Source of the DNA: Bryobacterales bacterium
Lineage (GTDB): Bacteria > Acidobacteriota > Terriglobia > Bryobacterales > UBA6623
NCBI GenBank assembly: GCA_965219585.1
Contig: CBDCOA010000003.1
Span: forward strand, 1,233,375-1,297,374
Length of the DNA stretch: 64,000 nucleotides
Reading direction: 5' to 3'
Part shown: positions 10,199 through 19,378 of the stretch, one piece after another
How the letters are laid out: each line of letters starts with the position of its first letter
Numbering within the stretch: position 1 is the first letter of the stretch
Program-made: the position numbers and the translations under genes
Notes under the pieces: generated by a model
Told to the model about the DNA's origin: nothing
The model's input: the letters and a program-made list of their open reading frames with translations, nothing else
The model's database searches: none

Positions 10199-11170
10199 AT
10201 GCGCTTGGCGCCTGGGCCCGAAGACGTTGGCACCCGGCTTGACCGCTTCCTGTGCAGCCGCGTCGAGAGCGCGACACGCTCGCTGGTCCTGCAGTGGATT
10301 CGCTCCGGGAATGTGCGAGTCGACGGAAGCGTCGAATCCAAGGCATCGCGCAAGGTACGCCTGGGCCAATCGATCGAGGTTGAACCGACTGAGCGACCTC
10401 CGTTGCGGGCCGAGCCCGAAGCGATCGATCTCGAGGTCCTCTACGAAGACGGCGACCTAGCAGTCATCAACAAGCCCTCCGGGATGACGGTCCACGCCGG
10501 TGCCGGCACAGTCTCCGGCACCTTGGTCAACGCGCTGCTGCACCGCATGGAATCGCTATCGGGCGCGCCCGGCCAGCTCCGCCCCGGCATCGTTCACCGC
10601 CTGGATCGGTTCACGTCGGGGGCGATGGTTGTGGCCAAGCACGACCGTTCCCACCAGCGGCTGCAGGAACAGTTCCAGCAACGCAACGTGCTCAAGCTCT
10701 ATTGGGCCGCAGTCGAGCGCCCGATGCCCGAAGATCCGCACGACGACCCCAAGTTGCTGCGCTACGGCCACCCGGTCAAGCAGGACGGCGCCTGGTGGCT
10801 GCGGACCCAGATGCCGATTCGCAGGGACAATCACAACCGGATCAAGATGGCCGTGGCGTTGAGCGGCCGCGAGGCGCAAAGCGACGTCCGCTGCCTGCGC
10901 AGCTCGGCAAGGTACTCGCTGGTCGAAGTGCGCATCCATACCGGGCGCACGCACCAAGTTCGGGTGCATCTCGCCGCGATGGGGCATCCGGTCGTGGGCG
11001 ATTCGCTCTACGGCGCCCGCAAGACCCTGCCGGAGATCGGCACGGCCGGACGCTATCTGCTGCACGCAAGAGTGCTGGAATTCGACCATCCCGGGAACAG
11101 CGAGCGCATGCGGCACGAGGCACCCCTATCGAGCGAATTCAACGCTCATCTGGCCCTGCTCGGTCTATAA
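10199..11170 (+). CDS. rluD: RluA-family 23S rRNA pseudouridine synthase
   Basis: N-terminal S4-like domain (RLDRFL......RS....WI..G.V.VDG) and catalytic block HRLDRFTSGAMVVAK, plus HQVRVHLA. Confidence 0.85.
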   Translation: MRLAPGPEDVGTRLDRFLCSRVESATRSLVLQWIRSGNVRVDGSVESKASRKVRLGQSIEVEPTERPPLRAEPEAIDLEVLYEDGDLAVINKPSGMTVHAGAGTVSGTLVNALLHRMESLSGAPGQLRPGIVHRLDRFTSGAMVVAKHDRSHQRLQEQFQQRNVLKLYWAAVERPMPEDPHDDPKLLRYGHPVKQDGAWWLRTQMPIRRDNHNRIKMAVALSGREAQSDVRCLRSSARYSLVEVRIHTGRTHQVRVHLAAMGHPVVGDSLYGARKTLPEIGTAGRYLLHARVLEFDHPGNSERMRHEAPLSSEFNAHLALLGL

Positions 11171-11177
11171 TGCGAGC

Positions 11178-12131
11178 ATGCTCCTGCGCTGCTCGGCCCT
11201 ACTAGCGGCGGTCGGATTGTTCGCTGCAGCATGGACCCAAGAAAGCGGCACGGCCGAGTTCGAGCCGGTCTACGCAGGCCAGGAGTCGGACATCATCAAG
11301 ATCGATGTCGCGCGCGTGCCTCTTCTGTTCACGGTCACTGACCGCAGGAACCGCTTCATTACCGACCTCGGGAGGGAGGATTTCAGCGTCTTCGACGACG
11401 GCTGGGAGCAGGAGATCCGCGAGTTCGACCGCGAGAGCGACCTGCCCCTGCGCATCGGCGTGATCCTCGACACCAGCAACTCGATCCGGGCCCGCTTCAA
11501 GTTCGAGCAGGAAGCCGCCATCGAGTTCCTGCAGGGAGTGCTCGCGGAAGAGCACGATCGGGCATTCTTGGTGAGTTTCGACACCCGCGCGGAGCTGATC
11601 GTCGACTACACCAACAACATCGACGACTTGGCGGATGGCGTCCGCCGGCTGCGAGCCGGCGGCGGAACAGCGCTCTACGACGCGATCTACTACGCCTGCC
11701 GGGACAAGTTGCCCGAGGACCAGCCCAAGGAGCAGTTCCGAAGGGCGCTGGTCGTGATCGGCGATGGCGCCGACAACCGCAGCACGGTGACCCGCGAAGA
11801 CGCCCTGGAAATGGCGCACAAGGCCGAAACCGTGGTGTACACCATTTCGACCAACCGCACCGGGACGGCCGAGGCCGGCGACAAGACGCTGCGGCGCTTC
11901 GCCCGCGAGACCGGCGGGGTCGCGTTCCATCCGTTCCAAGCCCGCGACCTGCAGCAGTCGTTCGCCAATATCGCCAACGAGCTGCGCCACCAGTACTTCA
12001 TCCTGTACTCGCCCAGCCAGTTCGTCAACGACGGCTCGTTCCACACGGTGGAAGTGCGCACCAGGCACCGCAATGCCACGGTTCGCGTCCGCCGTGGCTA
12101 CTACGCACCCCTCCCGAGCGAGTCCAACTAG
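11178..12131 (+). CDS. secreted VWA-domain protein (acidobacterial VWFA-related type)
   Basis: Signal peptide, then the block F.V.D..G..I..L...DF.VFDDG.EQ.I..F and a MIDAS-like VILDTSNS. This resembles the TIGR03436 family as I remember it. Confidence 0.75.
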   Translation: MLLRCSALLAAVGLFAAAWTQESGTAEFEPVYAGQESDIIKIDVARVPLLFTVTDRRNRFITDLGREDFSVFDDGWEQEIREFDRESDLPLRIGVILDTSNSIRARFKFEQEAAIEFLQGVLAEEHDRAFLVSFDTRAELIVDYTNNIDDLADGVRRLRAGGGTALYDAIYYACRDKLPEDQPKEQFRRALVVIGDGADNRSTVTREDALEMAHKAETVVYTISTNRTGTAEAGDKTLRRFARETGGVAFHPFQARDLQQSFANIANELRHQYFILYSPSQFVNDGSFHTVEVRTRHRNATVRVRRGYYAPLPSESN

Positions 12132-12201
12132 CGCGCAAGCCGCAATTCGATGGCCCTAGCCCAGCTTCTTGCGGCCTCGAGAAAAAAGTTGGTCTTATTG
12201 C

Positions 12202-12229
12202 TTGAGATTCGTTATTTTATCGCTATAAT
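12202..12229 (+). promoter_or_regulatory. sigma70-type promoter of recA (-35 TTGAGA, 16-nt spacer, -10 TATAAT)
   Basis: TTGAGA at 12202-12207 and TATAAT at 12224-12229, inside an AT-rich 70-bp tract. SD AAGGAG at 12261-12266 lies 7 nt before the GTG start at 12274. Confidence 0.55.
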
Positions 12230-12273
12230 CAAATCAAGTGGTTGGTCAACCAAACTGAAAAAGGAGCTTCCCA

Positions 12274-13335
12274 GTGAAACAAGCAACACAGCACAATCTT
12301 GACGCGGCCCTGCGCCAGATCGAAAAGGACCACGGCAAGGGCGCCATCCTCCGCATGGGAGAGCGCGACGCGGGCATCGCCGCCGACGTGATCCCGACCG
12401 GCGCCGTGTCCGTGGACGCCGCGCTCGGCATCGGGGGCCTGCCCAAGGGCCGCATCGTCGAGATCTACGGCCCGGAATCCTCGGGCAAGACCACGCTCGC
12501 GCTGCAGGCGGTGGCGCAGGCGCAGAAGGCCGCGGGCATGGCGGCCTTCATCGACGCCGAGCACGCGCTGGATCCCATCTACGCCTCCAAGCTCGGCGTG
12601 AACCTCGACGACCTGCTGATCTCGCAGCCCGATTCCGGCGAGCAGGCGCTGCAGATCGTGGAAGTGCTGGTGCGCTCGGGCGCGATCGACGTCGTGGTCG
12701 TCGACTCGGTGGCGGCACTGGTGCCGCGCGCCGAGCTGCAGGGCGAGATGGGCGACAGCCATGTCGGGCTGCAGGCGCGACTGATGTCCCAGGCGCTGCG
12801 CAAGCTGACCGGCCCGCTGTCGAAGTCAAACTGCTGCATCATCTTCATCAACCAGATCCGCGAGAAGATCGGGGTGATGTTCGGCAGCCCGGAAACGACC
12901 ACCGGCGGCCGGGCGCTGAAGTTCTACTCCTCGGTGCGCATCGACATCCGCCGGATCAGCGCGATCAAGGACGGCGACGCCGTGATCGGCAACCGCACCA
13001 AGATCAAGATCGTGAAGAACAAGATGGCCCCTCCATTCAAGCTGGCCGAGTTCGACATTATGTACGGGGAGGGCGTCTCGCTCGAGGGCGACCTGCTGGA
13101 CCTGGGAGTGGACCAGCGGCTGGTCCAGAAGAGCGGCTCGTGGTTCTCGTACGAGAGCGAGCGCATCGGCCAAGGCCGCGAGCGGGCCAAGGAGTTTCTC
13201 AAGAAGAACGTCGACGTGCGCGACAGGCTGGAGCGGGCCGTGCGCCTGAAACTCCACCTGCCGGTCGCCGACGAGCCGGCTTCGGCGAGCGCCAACGGCT
13301 CTCCCGCGCCCGGCGCGAGCGCGCAGGCGAACTGA
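12274..13335 (+). CDS. recA: recombinase RecA
   Basis: 353 aa with Walker [16 protein letters not shown], and [40 protein letters not shown]. Confidence 0.97.
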   Translation: MKQATQHNLDAALRQIEKDHGKGAILRMGERDAGIAADVIPTGAVSVDAALGIGGLPKGRIVEIYGPESSGKTTLALQAVAQAQKAAGMAAFIDAEHALDPIYASKLGVNLDDLLISQPDSGEQALQIVEVLVRSGAIDVVVVDSVAALVPRAELQGEMGDSHVGLQARLMSQALRKLTGPLSKSNCCIIFINQIREKIGVMFGSPETTTGGRALKFYSSVRIDIRRISAIKDGDAVIGNRTKIKIVKNKMAPPFKLAEFDIMYGEGVSLEGDLLDLGVDQRLVQKSGSWFSYESERIGQGRERAKEFLKKNVDVRDRLERAVRLKLHLPVADEPASASANGSPAPGASAQAN

Positions 13336-13350
13336 ACGAGCGACCGCGTG

Positions 13351-13369
13351 CCGGCCGGGCGCCGCCCGG
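13351..13369. terminator. GC hairpin between convergent recA and the isomerase gene
   Basis: GGCCGGGC-gcc-GCCCGGCC (8-bp perfect stem) lies midway between stop codons at 13335 (+) and 13383 (-). There is no U-tract, so an intrinsic-terminator role is uncertain. Confidence 0.35.
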
Positions 13370-13382
13370 CCGCCGGCCCCAT

Positions 13383-14246
13383 CTAGCCGAACGTCTCGCG
13401 GAACGCCGCGCACGACGCCCGGAACCCGTCTTCGAACGAGCCGCCCGAGGGACGGTACACGCTCTCCAGGGACACTGCCCCCGCATAGCCGTCGTCCTCA
13501 AGCGCAGCCGCGATCTTGGCGAAGAACGGGGCCATGTGGCCATCGCCGAAGCGCACTTGCCGCACGGTGGCCTTCGGGATGTCCACGAGCAAGTCCTTGA
13601 TGTGAACGTGGCCGAGACAGCCGCGCAAGGCTTGGTAGCCGTCAGGATACGCGGGCTCGGCGCAATACAGGCTGTTGCCCGGATCCCACAGCACGCGCAG
13701 GTGCCGCGAGCCCATCTCGTCGACCAGCTTGCCGGCCAGGTGCCCGGAAGTGACCATCGCGTTGTTGCCTGTCTCGACGACCAGGGTAATGCCGGCGTCC
13801 TCGGCCAGCTGCACGGCGGGGCCGAGCAAGAGCCTTAGCTTGTCCCAGGCGCCGGTGGCGACGTTCCACTGCTCCGCTCCGCCCGAGCCGAACAGGATCA
13901 TCTCCTTGCGGAAGCTCATGATCCGGACCAGGCCGCAATCGAGCGCCTTGGCCGTCTCAATGCAGCGGCGCAAGGCGCCCATTTGAAGCGCGTGCGCGCT
14001 GCCTCCCACCTCGGTCTGTCCGACCGGCAGGCCGGCGAAGATGTGCCGCGAGACGCAGACGACCTCCATCTCGCGGCTGCGGACGAGCTCTTGGACGCGG
14101 CCGATCTGGGCGTCGCTCAGGTCCCCGACCTCCCTGTCCCACAAGTACTGCAGCTCGGCGTGGCGCAGGCCATGCTCCTGCATGACTTCGAGCGCGCGCT
14201 CGAAATCCCGGCTGATGCCGTCCGTGATCACGCCAAGCCTCGCCAA
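13383..14246 (-). CDS. sugar phosphate isomerase/epimerase (xylose-isomerase-like TIM barrel)
   Basis: 287 aa with the typical AP-endonuclease-2 / xylose-isomerase-like pattern (...E.........H...D..E). TTG start at 14246 is preceded by the strong SD GGAGGAGGAG. Confidence 0.75.
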   Translation of the reverse strand: MARLGVITDGISRDFERALEVMQEHGLRHAELQYLWDREVGDLSDAQIGRVQELVRSREMEVVCVSRHIFAGLPVGQTEVGGSAHALQMGALRRCIETAKALDCGLVRIMSFRKEMILFGSGGAEQWNVATGAWDKLRLLLGPAVQLAEDAGITLVVETGNNAMVTSGHLAGKLVDEMGSRHLRVLWDPGNSLYCAEPAYPDGYQALRGCLGHVHIKDLLVDIPKATVRQVRFGDGHMAPFFAKIAAALEDDGYAGAVSLESVYRPSGGSFEDGFRASCAAFRETFG

Positions 14247-14255
14247 CTCCTCCTC

Positions 14256-15146
14256 CTACCAGCCGACCTCGGTGCCGGCGATCTCTTCCAGCCACTTCGC
14301 CACGACCCAGTTGTCTCCGTCCGGATAGCGCGAAATGCCAGCCTGGAACATCTCATAGGCCGCGCTGGTGGCGAACATCGCGGCTCCGGCTTCGCGCGCC
14401 ACGCTCATCGAGATCCCGAGGTCCTTGTACATGGTCCCGATATGGCTGCCTGTGTTTTCGAAGCTGCGGTCCAGCAGGTGCCGCGCGCAGGTCTCTATCA
14501 ACGGGCTGCCGGCCGCGCTCGAGCGAATCACATCGAAGAGCGTCTCGCCCTTGACGCCGGATTTCGCCCCCAGCACGAAGGCCTCGAACGTCGCGGCGAA
14601 GATGCACCCGATCAGCGACTGCAAGGAAGCCTTGACGACCTGGCCCTGCCCGATCTGCTCGCCCACATGGAAGGTCCGCTTGGAAATCGCTTCCAAGGCC
14701 GCGCGGTTGCGCTCGAGCACCTCGGTCCGGCCGGCGGCCATCAGAGTCAGCGCTCCCCCGTCGGCCCCGGCCTTGCCGCCGCTGACGGGCGAGTCGATCA
14801 AGTCGATGCCGCGCTCGGCCAGCGGCTCTTCCAGCGCCTGCACCTCGGACGGCAGGATGGTGGCCGTGACGATCACGGTCGATCCTGGGGAGAGGCCTTC
14901 CACGGCTCCCCGCTCCCCGAAGAGCGCGTCTTTCGCCTGGCCGCCGTTCATGACCATCACGAAGAGCGCGTCCGAGCTCGCCCCCGCCTCAGCACAGCTC
15001 CGGGCGGCAACGCCGCCCGCGGCTCGCAGGAGCGCTGCCCGCTCGGCTCGCAGATCGAAGCCGATCGTCGGGAAGCCGCCCCTCGCCAAGTTCCGGGCGA
15101 TACCGATGCCCATTTGCCCGAGGCCGATTACGCCGACTGGTTGCAT
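14256..15146 (-). CDS. NAD(P)-dependent 3-hydroxyisobutyrate / tartronate-semialdehyde-reductase-family dehydrogenase
   Basis: N-terminal dinucleotide fold VGVIGLGQMGIGIARNL plus a 6-phosphogluconate-dehydrogenase-like NAD-binding and C-terminal domain. I chose the ATG at 15146 (MQPVGVIGLG); the ORF-track start at 15179 is a TTG. Confidence 0.85.
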   Translation of the reverse strand: MQPVGVIGLGQMGIGIARNLARGGFPTIGFDLRAERAALLRAAGGVAARSCAEAGASSDALFVMVMNGGQAKDALFGERGAVEGLSPGSTVIVTATILPSEVQALEEPLAERGIDLIDSPVSGGKAGADGGALTLMAAGRTEVLERNRAALEAISKRTFHVGEQIGQGQVVKASLQSLIGCIFAATFEAFVLGAKSGVKGETLFDVIRSSAAGSPLIETCARHLLDRSFENTGSHIGTMYKDLGISMSVAREAGAAMFATSAAYEMFQAGISRYPDGDNWVVAKWLEEIAGTEVGW

Positions 15147-15189
15147 GTTCCGTCCATCCGCAAGGATTCTTAGGCCCAACTTACCCCAA

Positions 15190-17021
15190 CTAGACTCCTT
15201 GTCTAGGCGTAGCGTTTACAGATGAGTCAAGTTTACGCGGCGATCGGCTGGCCCTCCCAGAGTCGGTCGATCTCGCGATCGAAGCGCTGTACGGCCTTCT
15301 GCAGGGGCGTGGGGTCGGAACCGCCGGCATCGAAGACCACCGACAGAGACGGGCGCAGCACGCGGGCGTAGGTGCGCTGGAAGCACAGCGCCGTGCGCAG
15401 GCCCTGCTCGGTCACACGGTAGCGGCGCGTGCGCGGGATGCGCTCGATCAGGCCCCGCAAGCGCAGTCGCCGCAGGTCGTAGGTCATGCGGCCTGCGCCC
15501 CACGCCTCCGCGCTACTGCCCAGCAGGGGCGCGACCCGCTCGCGCAACTGCCGGTGGGTGAAACCGTGCGGCAGCAGCCGGAAGCTCGCTAGGGACGCCA
15601 GCAGGGCCTGCACGCGGCGGTCCCCGAAGCGTAGCGACGCTGCCCGCTGCCCCTCGATCTGGGCCGCCGCTTGGAGTCGCTCGAAGCGCTCGGCTCCCAG
15701 CGTGCAGTCGTGGCTGAGGCGTTCGACGCACAGCAGGCGTCGGTTGGCTTGGAAGCCGATCTTTTTCAGATGCTCGAGGTTGCCCAGCCGACGCCCGACT
15801 CCGAAGTCGTAGCTGTCGTTGATCGTGGTCTCGGTGCGCAGCGCGCGCCCTTCTTTGAAATATTGCTTGATGCGGGTGCTCTTGTAGTCGAAATGCAGCG
15901 AGGGGTCCACCCCGGCGGTGATCACGCGCGTGCGGAAGCGTGACGGCGTGCGCTTGCTAACCCGGCGCTGGAACACCAGCTGGACGTGGTCGGGCCGGCC
16001 GATGTCGAGGTTCTCGCGGATGACCTCCTCGAAGAACATGCGCCCCTGCTGCGGGCGGTCGAAGACCTGCGTGAGCGAAAACTCCGCCTGCAGGATGGAG
16101 AGTTGGTAGCGCAGCCCCGCGGCGCGGTCTGCGGCCGTGAACGGATGCGGCAGCCGCGCCAGCCACTTGCGCGCCAAGGCGTCGATCTTGGCGGCGCTGA
16201 GCTGGCGGCAGATCTGTGCCAGCCGCTCGGGATCCTCGCAACTCAGGATGCCGTTGTCGAGCGCTTCGAAGGCAATGCCCTGCTTGGCCAGCTGGCGCTT
16301 GACGTACTCGTGACCGTTAATGCAAACCTTGGCGCCGTACGGGAAATACGAGCAGAATTTGAGGAAGAAGGGGCCGAAGTCGTCATCGACGGCGTAGAAA
16401 TAGTAGGCGTTGGGCAGGGCTGTGGAGAAGGCCAGCTCGGGCGAGCGGCGGCCGGTGGCGGGATCGGTCTCGGCCTGGGTGCGCAGCACGCGCGCCTTCT
16501 CCTGCGCCTTGCCGATGTACAGCACGCCCTCGCCGCCGCGCCACTGCCGCAGGTAGGCCTGGGTGCGCTCGTCCTTGCGCTCGCCTCTCTCGAAGCGGAT
16601 CAAGTCGATGTTGCCCTCGCGGGCGAAGGCCTCGATGGCGGCCACGAAGCTGCGCGTCATCGGGGCCATCAGGGCCGGGGAGGGCACCGGGCAGCCGCGC
16701 ACTTGGCGGAAGAACCAGGCCGCCCCGCCCGGGGTCTGCAGCAGCGGCTGGTAGAGATTGAGGTAGAGCCGGTCGACGCACTCGACCTCCAGGGTGACAT
16801 GCTCGGAGATGGCTTCGGCGACGTTGCGTGCTACAGTCATGGCGCGGGTTCGGGGCGATGGGCTCCCCACACAACCGTCATGATACGGACACTGTCGCCT
16901 AGGCGACCATACGGCGGCCCCGGCCGCAGAGCGGAGCAGCGTCCGGAGCCCGCACTCCATCGCGAGTATGACCACGCAGCTTCGAACCGAGTCTCGTCGG
17001 TCTGAGGCTCAGCCTCGCTAG
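15190..17021 (-). mobile_element. copy 1 of an unclassified 1,832-bp single-ORF repeated element (IS-like)
   Basis: Collinear with 53553-55384. The flanks are unrelated. The element is bounded by CTAG at both ends, and one ORF fills about 88% of it. Confidence 0.65.
15233..16840 (-). CDS. 535-aa protein of the repeated element (putative transposase, family not recognised)
   Basis: I took the start at ATG 16840 (MTVARNVAEAI...). There are 17 substitutions and no indels against the second copy. The C-terminal segment MTYDLRRLRLRGLIERIP.TRRYRVTEQG looks like a winged helix. Possible acidic triad candidates are YAVDDD, EALDNG and ALRTET (speculative). Confidence 0.6.
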   Translation of the reverse strand: MTVARNVAEAISEHVTLEVECVDRLYLNLYQPLLQTPGGAAWFFRQVRGCPVPSPALMAPMTRSFVAAIEAFAREGNIDLIRFERGERKDERTQAYLRQWRGGEGVLYIGKAQEKARVLRTQAETDPATGRRSPELAFSTALPNAYYFYAVDDDFGPFFLKFCSYFPYGAKVCINGHEYVKRQLAKQGIAFEALDNGILSCEDPERLAQICRQLSAAKIDALARKWLARLPHPFTAADRAAGLRYQLSILQAEFSLTQVFDRPQQGRMFFEEVIRENLDIGRPDHVQLVFQRRVSKRTPSRFRTRVITAGVDPSLHFDYKSTRIKQYFKEGRALRTETTINDSYDFGVGRRLGNLEHLKKIGFQANRRLLCVERLSHDCTLGAERFERLQAAAQIEGQRAASLRFGDRRVQALLASLASFRLLPHGFTHRQLRERVAPLLGSSAEAWGAGRMTYDLRRLRLRGLIERIPRTRRYRVTEQGLRTALCFQRTYARVLRPSLSVVFDAGGSDPTPLQKAVQRFDREIDRLWEGQPIAA

Positions 17022-17060
17022 TTTATGGCTGTGCGCCATCGTGCGGAATGGCCGCACTTC

Positions 17061-19023
17061 TAACCCGAAGTTCCGGGCCAGAAGCGAAGGGAACTCCTTG
17101 TAATGCATTGCCTTATCGGGATTTGGAGTTGTCCTGCACTGGGAACGTTCGGACCAGTTCAAGCGCACGCTTCTGCAAAGCGCTCGGTTCCGTCAGCCGC
17201 TCCACGGTGGGCCCGTTGGCGTCGTCCTGCAGGCGGCATTGATGGCGACAGCGCGTGCCCAGCACCTGCAATAACGTCGAGAAGCTGTGCAGTTCCAAGC
17301 CCTGCGCCGTCTTGCGACGGTTCTTTTTCGCTTGCACTTCCTGGCGCGGCTTCGCCGCCGCGACCGGATCCCGCCGCGCCTGCCAGCCCGCCAAGTCCTC
17401 GTCTTCGAACAGCAGCTCGGCCAAGGCTTGCCGCAGGTGCCACTCCACGTAGTACGCCAGCAGGCACAGCAGCAGGTGGGCCCGCACGCGCTGCTCGCTG
17501 CGATGGCGGATCGGGCGCACCTGCAAGTCCACGGTCTTGAGGCAGCGGAAGGCGCTCTCGACGCGCGTTAGCTGCTTGTAGCTGCGCACCACATCTTCCG
17601 CTGCCAGATCGCTCTGGCTGGCACGGATCACGTACAGGCCGTCCAAGGCCGCCTCGCGCTCGATCGAGTGCGCGTCCCGGCAGAACTGCAAGCTGCCGTC
17701 TGCGATCTGGGTCTGGAAGTGCTTGGCGACCTTGGAACGCTGCTTGGCGCGCCCCACCTTCTCGGCGATGGCGGCCTCCAGCAGCGGCTTCTTGGTGCGC
17801 CGCGCCACTTCGCGCTGGATGCGCGCCAGGTCTTGCTCGGCGGCCTCCAGCAGCGCTTCGCGCTTGTGCCGGCGGCGCTCGGCCAAGGCCGGGTTGCAGC
17901 ACACGATGAGGCGCTCGTCGGGGTACAGCGGGGAGTGGATCTCGGCTAGGTTGCGCTCGTCGAAGAGCGACATCTGGACGCTGCCTTGCTCGGCCAGGCG
18001 GCGGATGTCGTGGTGGCGCAGGGCCGAGATCCAGCCCAGGCCGGGGTAGTCGCGCAGGGTCTGGATCTGGGTGTCGGTGAGCATGCCGCGGTCGCCCACC
18101 AGCACCAGCCGCTGGAGGCCGAAATGCTGGCGCAGGGCCTGGACCTGGTCCGGCACCGTGGCCGGATCGGCGGTGTTGCCGGGATAGGCCCGCACGGCCA
18201 GCGGGCGACCCTGCCGGTCGGCCAGCACGCCGTAGACCACGATCGGTCGGCCGCGCTTGCCGTCGCGGCTGTAGCCGTAGCGCATCAAGGGGCAGCTGTG
18301 GCCTTCGTAGTAGCTGCTGGAGACGTCGTACAGCACCTGGGCATCGTCTTGCAGGTGGCGCTTGGCGAGGCGTTGCTCGATGCGGTCCTGGCGCTGCAGC
18401 AGCCAATCCATGGCCTGGTAGAGGGCGTCTTCGTCGGCGTCCTGCAAGTCGAGTTCCTCGGCCAGAGTGGTGGCGTGCCAGAGGCGGGTGGTGGCGAGCT
18501 TGGAGGCCGGGTGGAGCAGGCGCTGGGCAATCATGGCCAGCACGGCGGAGCGCTGGGGGGAGGAAGCACGATCGAGCAATTTGGGCAGGCCGAGGCGGCG
18601 GCAGGCCTCCAGCACGAGTTCGACATGGCCGTGGGGGCGGGAGCTGACGATGGTGAAGGCTTGGTCGAGGCTGACGAGGGGCTGGTTCTTGAGCAGCTTG
18701 CGGAGGGCGTTGATCTTGGCGGGGGGCCAGCTGGAGAGATTGGCAAGGGTGCGCTTACGGACCTTAGAGCCTTCGCGCCAGCCTTCGCGGAGGAGGATGG
18801 CTGGGGGTGAGGAGCGGTTGGGGACGACTTCCACATACATGGGAATACTATATCACAGATTACGGCATAAAATCAAGCAATAAAAACATCAAACAATCAC
18901 CACAAAAGTCCATTACATGGGAACAATAGACACTCCGCAAGCGCTTGGAAAGCAATCTAGGCCCTTTGGAATCAACGAGTTAGCGCGAGATCAAGCGACA
19001 AAATCGCCCGGAACTTCGGTCTA
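17061..19023 (-). mobile_element. IS1634-family insertion sequence, apparently complete (about 1.96 kb)
   Basis: 18-nt imperfect terminal inverted repeats: TAACCCGAAGTTCCGGGC at 17061-17078, and 19006-19023 whose reverse complement is TAGACCGAAGTTCCGGGC (16/18). They flank an intact transposase ORF and a low-GC 5' leader. Confidence 0.8.
17113..18840 (-). CDS. IS1634-family (IS4 superfamily) transposase
   Basis: 575 aa. The N-terminus MYVEVVPNRSSPPAILLREGWREGSKVRKRTLANLS is the characteristic IS1634-type opening. DDE region includes VLVGDRGM. Confidence 0.85.
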   Translation of the reverse strand: MYVEVVPNRSSPPAILLREGWREGSKVRKRTLANLSSWPPAKINALRKLLKNQPLVSLDQAFTIVSSRPHGHVELVLEACRRLGLPKLLDRASSPQRSAVLAMIAQRLLHPASKLATTRLWHATTLAEELDLQDADEDALYQAMDWLLQRQDRIEQRLAKRHLQDDAQVLYDVSSSYYEGHSCPLMRYGYSRDGKRGRPIVVYGVLADRQGRPLAVRAYPGNTADPATVPDQVQALRQHFGLQRLVLVGDRGMLTDTQIQTLRDYPGLGWISALRHHDIRRLAEQGSVQMSLFDERNLAEIHSPLYPDERLIVCCNPALAERRRHKREALLEAAEQDLARIQREVARRTKKPLLEAAIAEKVGRAKQRSKVAKHFQTQIADGSLQFCRDAHSIEREAALDGLYVIRASQSDLAAEDVVRSYKQLTRVESAFRCLKTVDLQVRPIRHRSEQRVRAHLLLCLLAYYVEWHLRQALAELLFEDEDLAGWQARRDPVAAAKPRQEVQAKKNRRKTAQGLELHSFSTLLQVLGTRCRHQCRLQDDANGPTVERLTEPSALQKRALELVRTFPVQDNSKSR

Positions 19024-19378
19024 ACGGGCCATTGGTAACCGGGTTGGCGTCTTGGCAGGCGTATTGCTTGCGCCGGTAGCGGCACTGCTGGTGCAACTCG
19101 GCAAGACCGCGCGGGGCATGTATCTGGGCCGGGCGGGGCCGAACTGGCACGCGCGCGCCAGCCAGACGTAATCGTTACGTCTAGCAGCTCCCGGTCGCAC
19201 TTGATCGACCATGAGTCGCCATCGGCGCCAATGGCGCGTGGCCGGCAGATCGCCGACCAGTGCCGGACGATACCTTGAACCCGGAAGCAGCTTTCTTCTG
19301 GTCAAGACAGCGATGGAATCACTTTTCGCTCGAGTTGCCGAGGATCTGGGCATCGAGTCGCGACGGGCAGTCGGACTG

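Noticed and set aside
10079-10369. 97-aa N-terminal extension of the TPR protein ORF
   Set aside because: It would overlap the divergent rluD start. The internal ATG at 10078 is followed by a good lipoprotein-type signal peptide.
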